Source: Nemertoderma westbladi
Lineage: Eukaryota > Animalia > Xenacoelomorpha
Direction of reading: 5' to 3'
NCBI GenBank assembly: GCA_032718475.1
Contig: JAUCBJ010000732.1
Coordinates: forward strand, 63,095-127,094
Length of the DNA: 64,000 nt
Positions 12,099-22,900 of this stretch are shown here, piece by piece (position 1 is the stretch's first letter; each line of letters opens with the position of its first letter). The position numbers and the translations under genes were made by a program. The notes below the pieces were generated by a model. That model did not search any database. It was not told the origin of the DNA and saw only the letters and a program-made list of their open reading frames with translations.

Positions 12099-13650
12099 CC
12101 CTATTAGTACCGGGCTATAAAATGTTGTACAAATACCGGGAGGGGGTCATATTGACCCCCCCCTCTAAAATCTACAAATATTTACGAAAACGTCTGATTT
12201 TTTGTTTGTACGTAGGTATCACTTGTCTGGATCCGACCGAAAAAAAAAAATTTCGAAAAAATGTACTGGGGTGGTTATATTGCAGCACCAAAATTACAAG
12301 TAGTGCACAATTTTCACAAAATTTGAAAGTTACATTTTCGGCTAATTATTTTTCAATACAGGTTTTCTGGGGTGCAAAATACATTGGAAAATATTTAAAA
12401 ATGATATGATTACTATAAATGGCTGTTTAGTCCTCTCTGCGTAGGAAAAAAATGAAAAAAACAAGTAACCAGCACTTTTCAGTTAGAACACAAAATTTTT
12501 AATTCACTTATACGATGCTATAAATTCACATTTTCAGGTTTTCGAGGGCGCTGATTCTAATGGAATACATTTCTAATATGCCAGATCATTGCTACTTGTA
12601 TTTTTCGGCGTAATTTTCAAATTTTGGTGCTAGCACCAAATTTCGTACGCATCACCAAAAAGTACAAGTTTGCGATGTCCAGTGCTGTTTTTATTGATTC
12701 CATCGGATTCAGGACCCTCATAAACCCGTATAACGCAAGAAACAAGGTGATACTATCTACTTATCAATTTGCATATTTTCCAAAATTTGGTGCTGGCACA
12801 AAAATTTTCACCCACCGGCGAAAAATACAAGTTTGAGAACTCTTATGAAATTTTTACTGATTCCATTGAATTCAGAACCATCACAAACCCATATAACGCA
12901 AGAAACAAGGTGACACAATCAATTGATATATTTGATGGTTTTCAAAATTTGGTGCTAGCACCACATTTTGCACCCACATCCGAAAAATACAAGTTTGAGA
13001 TGTCTAGTTCGATAATTATATTTTCCATTGAATTAAGAACAGCCATAAACCTCTTAAAACGAAAGAAATAAATTGTCACAAGCAATTTTGTATATTGAAT
13101 GGATTTTCAAAATTTCGTGCTAGCACCAAAATTTACACACAGCACCGAAAAATACAAGTTTGATACGCTTGGTGCAACTCGTATATATTTCATCGAATCC
13201 AGAACCCCAAAAAACCCCAATTGCGTAAAAAACAAGTTTCAAACAATCAATTTACAAAATTGACTTATTTCAAAATTTGGTGCTGGCACCAAAATTTGGC
13301 ACCCATCGAAAAAAACAAGTTTGAAATTTCTAAATCAATTTATATGAATTCCATCCAATTTCTAACACCAAAAAACCGGTGTAAATCAAAAATAGAGATG
13401 TTACAATTCATATTTAATGAAATGTAATTTTCAAAAAACGTCTCAAAAAAAGTGCCAAAAGTAGGGTTAAAAAATGGTGCTATAACTCGAAAAGTACCCA
13501 ATATTTTTGAAAACGGTTTTCTCTACCATGAAGACAATAGATTTTTAGGAAAAGTCATAAAATTTCAGATTCCCAACTGCGTTTGTTTCAGAATTATAAT
13601 AAAAAAACCACGGGAGGGGTCATATTGACCCCCCCCCGGGTTTAATAGGG
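12099..13650. mobile_element. Non-autonomous piggyBac-type DNA transposon flanked by TTAA target-site duplication
   Basis: TTAA at 12095-12098 and 13651-13654. Ends CCCTATTAGTACCGGG ... CCCGGGTTTAATAGGG form an imperfect TIR with CCC/GGG termini. The subterminal near-palindrome GGGGTCATATTGACCCC occurs near both ends (~12143 and ~13616). No transposase. Confidence 0.85.
12610..13420. repeat. Five ~163-bp internal tandem repeats of the piggyBac-type element
   Basis: Near-palindrome AATTTGGTGCTAGCACCAAA recurs at about 12626, 12789, 12951, 13116 and 13279 (spacing 162-165), each followed by an AAAATACAAGTTTG-like word. Confidence 0.85.
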
Positions 13651-14839
13651 TTAATGTCTTTTCTTTCGAGTCGATTTCGAATAGGATTTTCGCATTAGAA
13701 TTTTGGTTTATCGTTTCGACTCCTCTGGGTAGGATATGTTCGACATAGTCCGTATCGTGTAAATCGATAGAATGGCCAATGGTTAAGAAGTCCATATACA
13801 TACCATTACAATGCGTGTAGCGAGCGGTGAATTTTCCATAGTCCAATTCACGCGTAAGTTACTTCCAGGAAATCGTAGGTTCGATATAACGACCATCATC
13901 CTTCGTAGTAGTTGGACTAGTATCACCGCGTATCAAGCTATCAACAAACGCTTGAAAGTAGAGTATATCGCTCCCTGATACCAAGACCATCTTCTATCAA
14001 CTCCGTCATATCTGCTATATATGAGTTTATTAATATTATAATGAGTTTATATTTAGGCTAGCGAGCGTCGCTGCCTACCCCAATCAGCCCCCGGACAGTG
14101 CGAGATCCTCAGCGCCGATGTGTCGTCGCCGCTGTACTTTCGCCAATGACGTAGCCGCACAACGACAACGACAACCGGCACAAGTCACTCGACTGTCCGT
14201 CCCAAAGGCTTAGATACACCTCAGGTTCTTACTGGAGAGTTAGGGTTACTTTCACAATTGCGACTCGCTACTGTAAACACTCCTTAGTAGTAACATTCGC
14301 CTATAAACTCACAAATACCACACACACAACTTGTCACAAATTACACACACTCGGGCCATTTGTCCGTTAGTCAATGCCTTCCAGAATGTCACTGTATTAT
14401 TATGTATCCTTGGATACTAGCAGTGCGCTATTTATTCCCTATGCTATTCAATGGGACAAGCTTTCTATTGTTCTTTTAACTCAATTCTAATTCTAGCGTG
14501 GTTGTTGCTATGGTGACATTATGTAAAGCTAGTGGTAGAATTAGGGTAATTCCAATGCATACAGATCTGGGATGTTATTTAATAGTAATTCTTTAATGGT
14601 CAATGTCCTGTTTTATACATGGCTTTATGAATTTTATCGGCTATTGACTATGTTTGGGAGACTTTCGCACACTCATACGCATAATAAGATAAATCTCCGC
14701 TCCCTTGATCTATTAATTAATGGAATTTTGGGAATGTTATAAATTGCGTAAAAATGGCAATTTATTAAATTCATTAAAAGGCATGAATTTAAATTTATTC
14801 CCTGAAATTTTATTATTTGATAATTAAATTGACATATTT

Positions 14840-15150
14840 TGATTCTAGAACATGTCTGGGGACACAAGATCCTTAATTCTATGAAAATTGTCTTTTTAAG
14901 AATATCGGTAAATGCTACGATATCTTAATTGACTAGAATTGTTGAAGGATCTGAATTTTACAGATTTTGATTTATTCGATTTGCAAATATTAAATAATTA
15001 ATATTTGAGATGGGCACCGATTTATTCCAGAACTTGTCTGGGGACGTTAACCACTGATTCTAGAATTTGTCTTTCAAGTATATCGGTGGGTGCCGCGATA
15101 TCTTAATCGACTAGAATTACAGATGGTCAAAGGGTTTAACAGATTTATTT
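14840..15150. repeat. Diverged two-copy ~181-bp direct repeat
   Basis: AGAAC.TGTCTGGGGAC ... ATATCGGT ... CGATATCTTAAT.GACTAGAATT occurs at about 14847 and 15028. Confidence 0.65.
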
Positions 15151-15672
15151 TGCGTTATACGCTACTGTTAAAGGGACATCACGCTACTATATGTATTATT
15201 TAATATACGGTATGAGAGCAATATCGCACGAAGCAATGTCAGTGTGAAGAGGCAAGTCGTTTCCAAGGTCTACCCAGAGCTTGGTTTAGCCGAGACACGA
15301 GGATCTGAACTTTGCATTCCTAATACTCTGCCTACCAATAATACTTGAATATAGTAGTGGCTTTATTGTACTTTAATAAGTACGGATATGTCATCTTACT
15401 GTAGTTACGTATTTGTAATGTAATACGGACAGTAAGGAAGGAGGAAAATAATTATTTCTCGCCATCGCACTAAATATAATATATACGTAATTAAGTAATA
15501 AACGCGAATATATATTGCACTAATCTAATAAATAATCGCTAAAATAACATTCTACTAAATGAAATTAAAGAAAACGATTATAATAAAATTACATAATAAT
15601 ACATACATAATATAAAATAATAAAAATAAATATAAAATAATATAGTCACACACACACCCACTCCGTATGTTG

Positions 15673-17198
15673 TTATGTTATGGAGTCCCTAGATATTTGT
15701 TGGATTAGGGAGGTGGTCGTGGGAAGAGTATCTTGCCTTCCATAGTTTCCGGACAGTTTTCGGTCTCTTTCCAGTAAACATAAACGACCAGCTGGGCGAT
15801 TGAGTGGTTGTGTTACTTTCTCCGCTCCCTTGGCCTGTCTAATCTTCATCGGGCTAAGATGAGGAGGCCATTCATCTTCTTTACTTAGGAAGTCGGGTCC
15901 ACCTAACCGGTCTGGAGTATCTGTAAGTTCTTGAGGAGTTGCTCCTCTGGAAGCGATGTCGGCTAGATTGATCGTCTCGGGGCAATGTCTCCATTGATCT
16001 ACATTGGAGTTGATGTCGTCATTATCTGAGGAGTATGGTGTTCCCTCAGTTGGGTCGTCAACTTCACTGCACTCTACTTCCCGTTCACTTAATTGATATA
16101 CCTGTTCTTTTGGTAATCTTTCCATAAGAGTCTACGAGAAGGGCCAGTAAAGTACCAACCTACTCTAGTTCTTCCCGCATAAACTTGTAGAGGTTGCGGT
16201 TGAGCAGGCCGTTTCTCCAATGTCTCGAGCGCTTCATGCGCATTTTGACCGATGAGTATTTGGACTCCAGGGTAATCGGTGTTAAATCTAGGTATTCCAA
16301 ACTGCTGGGTGAAATCGTCCTCATCCCAGTTATAAGGTTCCACTTGGCTGGTCGCGAAGTTCTTTATCGCTACCATTTTCACTGACCTTATACTATGTTT
16401 TCCTAGTTCATCCTGGGGTGTGGACAATGCGCCTACATAATAATCCGCTGTTACGGTGGATTTCCAAACTTGCATTATTCCTGACATGTTTAGCTTAGTT
16501 CGGTATTTGGGTTGTCCAGCAAAGATGTCCTCGGCTAGTTCTTTGTCGATGAATGTTCCTGTGCTACCGGAGTCAAGGAGGGCGTTCACTACATAACTCC
16601 TTTTAGGTCCATGGACCCTTACTTGTACTACAGGAAATTCTCGGATTCCTACATTGGAAGGTGGCGCTTTCCAATATGGTTGTCGATCAGAAGTAGTTAG
16701 GGTTAGGTCGCTGTCTGTGTCCTTTTCATACGTAAGTGCTCGATACACTGCGGTATTTGTCAGGTAACAGGATTCGTTTTCGTCGGAGAACTCGTCCGTA
16801 TAGAATCCTTCCATCTCAGATTGATCAGTGTCGTTCACATCACTGAATTGGACATGTAGTTCGGACTCACTTACCTGAATCGGGCTGTTTCGTTCGAATT
16901 CCGTGTGCAACAAGATATGATGTTTTGCGCCGCACTTTGCACACCTTGCGTCGGAGTAACAGGTTCGCCGTTGGTGTCCTCGTCTGAGGCAATTATAACA
17001 CAACCGCTTATCCCACATGACTTCACGTCTATCCTTTAGTGATTTCCTCAGGAATTTATCACACGCATTTAAACGGTGGGGCCCGTCGCACAGCACACAT
17101 TTCGGCTTGATGTTACTTACTTTAACCTGTGCTATGTGGTGCACACTTGTTCTTTCCTCGGGATTGTGAGTAAATGTATGGCATGATAAATTATCCAA
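15673..17198 (-). mobile_element. Second BEL/Pao retrotransposon remnant (gag zinc knuckles, protease, RNase H-region fragment; RT missing)
   Basis: Triple knuckle CVLCDGPHRLNAC / CYNCLRRGHQRRTC / CAKCGAKHHILLH; protease ALLDSGSTGTFI; ILIGQN...RTRVGWYFTGP. These are followed almost directly by the Pao motif QWRHCPETINLADIASRG...GPDFL...EWP. Confidence 0.88.
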
Positions 17199-17254
17199 AG
17201 TTTATGATAAAACAAACGAGTTTTCATTTAGTAGTTAATTATTGTAATATTGCA

Positions 17255-20200
17255 TTACTATTATTGTAATTATTGTTTCATCTGTTGTATTATTGTAATA
17301 GTTGTTTTATCTGTTGTATTATTGTAATTGTTGTTTTATCTGTTGTATTATTGTAATTGTTGTTTTATCTGCTGTATTATTGTAATTGTTGTTTTATCTG
17401 TTGTATTATTGTAATTGTTGTTTTATCTGTTGTATTATTGTAATTGTTGTTTTATCTGTTGTATTATTGTAATTGTTGTTTTATCTGTTGTATTATTGTA
17501 ATTGTTGTTTTATCTGCTGTATTATTGTAATTGTTGTTTTATCTGTTGTATTATTGTAATTGTTGTTTTATCTGTTGTATTATTGTAATTGTTGTTTTAT
17601 CTGTTGTATTGTTGTAATTGTTGTTTTATCTGTTGTATTATTGTAATTGTTGTTTTATCTGTTGTATTATTGTAATTGTTGTTTCATCTGTTGTATTATT
17701 GTAATTGTTGTTTCATCTGTTGTATTATTGTAATTGTTGTTTTATCTGTTGTATTATTGTAATTGTTGTTTTATCTGTTGTATTATTGTAATTGTTGTTT
17801 AATCTGTTGTATTATTGTAATTGTTGTTTTATCTGTTGTATTATTGTAATTGTTGTTTTATCTGTTGTATTATTGTAATTGTTGTTTTATCTGTTGTATT
17901 ATTGTAATTGTTGTTTTATCTGTTGTATTATTGTAATTGTTGTTTAATCTGTTGTATTATTGTAATTGTTGTTTTATCTGTTGTATTATTGTAATTGTTG
18001 TTTCATCTGTTGTATTATTGTAATTGTTGTTTCATCTGTTGTATTATTGTAATTGTTGTTTTATCTGTTGTATTATTGTAATTGTTGTTTTATCTGTTGT
18101 ATTATTGTAATTGTTGTTTTATCTGTTGTATTATTGTAATTGTTGTTTTATCTGTTGTATTATTGTAATTGTTGTTTTATCTGTTGTATTATTGTAATTG
18201 TTGTTTTATCTGTTGTATTATTGTAATTGTTGTTTTATCTGTTGTATTATTGTAATTGTTGTTTTATCTGTTGTATTATTGTAATTGTTGTTTTATCTGT
18301 TGTATTATTGTAATTGTTGTTTTATCTGTGTATTATTGTAATTGTTGTTTTATCTGTTGTATTATTGTAATTGTTGTTTTATCTGTTGTATTATTGTAAT
18401 TGTTGTTTTATCTGTTGTATTATTGTAATTGTTGTTTTATCTGTTGTATTATTGTAATTGTTGTTTTATCTGTTGTATTATTGTAATTGTTGTTTTATCT
18501 GTTGTATTATTGTAATTGTTGTTTTATCTGTTGTATTATTGTAATTGTTGTTTTATCTGTTGTATTATTGTAATTGTTGTTTTATCTGTTGTATTATTGT
18601 AATTGTTGTTTTATCTGTTGTATTATTGTAATTGTTGTTTTATCTGTTGTATTATTGTAATTGTTGTTTTATCTGTTGTATTATTGTAATTGTTGTTTTA
18701 TCTGTTGTATTATTGTAATTGTTGTTTTATCTGTTGTATTATTGTAATTGTTGTTTTATCTGTTGTATTATTGTAATTGTTGTTTTATCTGTTGTATTAT
18801 TGTAATTGTTGTTTTATCTGTTGTATTATTGTAATTGTTGTTTTATCTGTTGTATTATTGTAATTGTTGTTTTATCTGTTGTATTATTGTAATTGTTGTT
18901 TTATCTGTTGTATTATTGTAATTGTTGTTTTATCTGTTGTATTATTGTAATTGTTGTTTTATCTGTTGTATTATTGTAATTGTTGTTTTATCTGTTGTAT
19001 TATTGTAATTGTTGTTTTATCTGTTGTATTATTTTAATTGTTGTTTTATCTGTTGTATTATTGTAATTGTTGTTTTATCTGTTGTATTATTGTAATTGTT
19101 GTTTTATCTGTTGTATTATTGTAATTGTTGTTTTATCTGTTGTATTATTGTAATTGTTGTTTTATCTGTTGTATTATTGTAATTGTTGTTTTATCTGTTG
19201 TATTATTGTAATTGTTGTTTTATCTGTTGTATTGTTGTAATTGTTGTTTTATCTGTTGTATTGTTGTAATTGTTGTTTTATCTGTTGTATTATTGTAATT
19301 GTTGTTTTATCTGTTGTATTATTGTAATTGTTGTTTTATCTGTTGTATTATTGTAATTGTTGTTTTATCTGTTGTATTATTGTAATTGTTGTTTTATCTG
19401 TTGTATTATTGTAATTGTTGTTTTATCTGTTGTATTATTGTAATAGTTGTTTTATCTGTTGTATTATTGTAATTGTTGTTTTATCTGTTGTATTGTTGTA
19501 ATTGTTGTTTTATCTGTTGTATTATTGTAATTGTTGTTTTATCTGTTGTATTGTTGTAATTGTTGTTTTATCTGTTGTATTGTTGTAATTGTTGTTTTAT
19601 CTGTTGTATTATTGTAATTGTTGTTTCATCTGTTGTATTATTGTAATTGTTGTTTTATCTGTTGTATTATTGTAATTGTTGTTTTATCTGTTGTATTGTT
19701 GTAATTGTTGTTTTATCTGTTGTATTGTTGTAATTGTTGTTTTATCTGTTGTAGTATTGTAATTGTTGTTTTATCTGTTGTATTATTGTAATTGTTGTTT
19801 TATCTGTTGTATTATTGTAATTGTTGTTTCATCTGTTGTATTATTGTAATTGTTGTTTTATCTGTTGTATTATTGTAATTGTTGTTTTATCTGTTGTATT
19901 ATTGTAATTGTTGTTTTATCTGTTGTATTGTTGTAATTGTTGTTTTATCTGTTGTATTATTGTAATTGTTGTTTTATCTGTTGTAGTATTGTAATTGTTG
20001 TTTTATCTGCTGTATTATTGTAATTGTTGTTTTATCTGTTGTATTGTTGTAATTGTTGTTTTATCTGTTGTATTATTGTAATTGTTGTTTTATCTGTTGT
20101 AGTATTGTAATTGTTGTTTTATCTGCTGTATTATTGTAATTGTTGTTTTATCTGTTGTATTGTTGTAATTGTTGTTTTATCTGTTGTATTATTGTAATTG

Positions 20201-22850
20201 TTGTTTTATCTGTTGTATTGTTGTAATTGTTGTTTTATCTGCTGTATTATTGTAATTGTTGTTTTATCTGTCGTATTATTGTAATTGTTGTTTTATCTGT
20301 TGTATTATTGTAATTGTTGTTTTATCTGTTGTAGTATTGTAATTGTTGTTTTATCTGCTGTATTATTGTAATTGTTGTTTTATCTGTTGTATTGTTGTAA
20401 TTGTTGTTTTATCTGTTGTATTATTGTAATTGTTGTTTTATCTGTTGTAGTATTGTAATTGTTGTTTTATCTGCTGTATTATTGTAATTGTTGTTTTATC
20501 TGTTGTATTGTTGTAATTGTTGTTTTATCTGTTGTATTATTGTAATTGTTGTTTTATCTGTTGTATTGTTGTAATTGTTGTTTTATCTGTTGTATTATTG
20601 TAATTGTTGTTTTATCTGCTGTATTATTGTAATTGTTGTTTTATCTGCTGTATTATTGTAATTGTTGTTTTATCTGTTGTATTGTTGTAATTGTTGTTTT
20701 ATCTGTTGTATTATTGTAATTGTTGTTTTATCTGTTGTATTGTTGTAATTGTTGTTTTATCTGTTGTATTATTGTAATTGTTGTTTTATCTGTTGTATTA
20801 TTGTAATTGTTGTTTTATCTGTTGTATTATTGTAATTGTTGTTTTATCTGTTGTATTATTGTAATTGTTGTTTTATCTGTTGTATTGTTGTAATTGTTGT
20901 TTTATCTGTTGTATTGTTGTAATTGTTGTTTTATCTGTTGTATTATTGTAATTGTTGTTTTATCTGTTGTATTGTTGTAATTGTTGTTTTATCTGTTGTA
21001 TTATTGTAATTGTTGTTTCATCTGTTGTATTATTGTAATTGTTGTTTTATCTGTTGTATTATTGTAATTGTTGTTTTATCTGTTGTATTGTTGTAATTGT
21101 TGTTTTATCTGTTGTATTGTTGTAATTGTTGTTTTATCTGTTGTATTATTGTAATTGTTGTTTTATCTGTTGTATTATTGTAATTGTTGTTTTATCTGTT
21201 GTATTATTGTAATTGTTGTTTTATCTGTTGTATTATTGTAATTGTTGTTTTATCTGTTGTATTATTGTAATTGTTGTTTCATCTGTTGTATTATTGTAAT
21301 TGTTGTTTTATCTGTTGTATTATTGTAATTGTTGTTTTATCTGTTGTATTATTGTAATTGTTGTTTTATCTGTTGTATTGTTGTAATTGTTGTTTTATCT
21401 GTTGTATTATTGTAATTGTTGTTTTATCTGTTGTATTATTGTAATTGTTGTTTTATCTGTTGTATTGTTGTAATTGTTGTTTTATCTGTTGTATTGTTGT
21501 AATTGTTGTTTTATCTGTTGTATTATTGTAATTGTTGTTTCATCTGTTGTATTATTGTAATTGTTGTTTTATCTGTTGTATTATTGTAATTGTTGTTTTA
21601 TCTGTTGTATTATTGTAATTGTTGTTTTATCTGTTGTATTATTGTAATTGTTGTTTTATCTGTTGTATTATTGTAATTGTTGTTTTATCTGTTGTATTGT
21701 TGTAATTGTTGTTTTATCTGTTGTATTATTGTAATTGTTGTTTTATCTGTTGTATTATTGTAATTGTTGTTTTATCTGTTGTATTATTGTAATTGTTATT
21801 TTATCTGTTGTATTATTGTAATTGTTGTTTTATCTGTTGTATTATTGTAATTGTTGTTTTATATGTTGTATTATTGTAATTGTTGTTTTATCTGTTGTAT
21901 TATTGTAATTGTTGTTTTATCTGTTGTATTATTGTAATTGTTGTTTTATCTGTTGTATTATTGTAATTGTTGTTTTATCTGTTGTATTATTGTAATTGTT
22001 GTTTTATCTGTTGTGTTATTGTAATTGTTGTTTTATCTGTTGTATTATTGTAATTGTTGTTTTATCTGTTGTATTATTGTAATTGTTGTTTTATCTGTTG
22101 TATTATTGTAATTGTTGTTTTATCTGTTGTATTATTGTAATTGTTGTTTTATCTGTTGTATTATTGTAATTGTTGTTTTATCTGTTGTATTATTGTAATT
22201 GTTGTTTTATATGTTGTATTATTGTAATTATTGTTTCATCTGTTGTATTATTGTAATTGTTGTTTTATCTGTTGTATTGTTGTAATTGTTGTTTTATCTG
22301 TTGTATTATTGTAATTGTTGTTTTATCTGTTGTATTGTTGTAATTGTTGTTTTATCTGTTGTATTATTGTAATTGTTGTTTTATCTGTTGTATTATTGTA
22401 ATTGTTGTTTTATCTGTTGTATTATTGTAATTGTTGTTTTATCTGTTGTATTGTTGTAATTGTTGTTTTATCTGTTGTATTATTGTAATTGTTGTTTTAT
22501 CTGTTGTATTATTGTAATTGTTGTTTTATCTGTTGTATTATTGTAATTGTTGTTTTATCTGTTGTATTGTTGTAATTGTTGTTTTATCTGTTGTATTATT
22601 GTAATTGTTGTATTATCTGTTGTATTGTTGTAATTGTTGTTTTATCTGTTGTATTGTTGTAATTGTTGTTTTATCTGTTGTATTATTGTAATTGTTGTTT
22701 TATCTGTTGTATTGTTGTAATTGTTGTTTTATCTGTTGTATTATTGTAATTGTTGTTTCATCTGTTGTATTATTGTAATAGTTGTTTTATCTATTGTATT
22801 ATTGTAATTATTGTTTCATCTGTTGTATTATTGTAATTGTTGTTTTATTG
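17255..22850. repeat. Satellite, 29-bp unit TTGTTGTTTTATCTGTTGTATTATTGTAA, about 190 copies
   Basis: The 29-bp period is directly visible (2-nt register shift per 60-nt line). Very homogeneous, with a few recurrent variants (TTCATC, GCTGTA, GTTGTAA, GTAGTA). Confidence 0.98.
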
Positions 22851-22900
22851 TAATTATTATCAATGAATTAGTCTAACTATAATAAATGTATTATTTGCAG

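Noticed and set aside
11927-13427. Short ORFs within the TTAA element
   Set aside because: AT-rich repeat translations with no transposase motifs.
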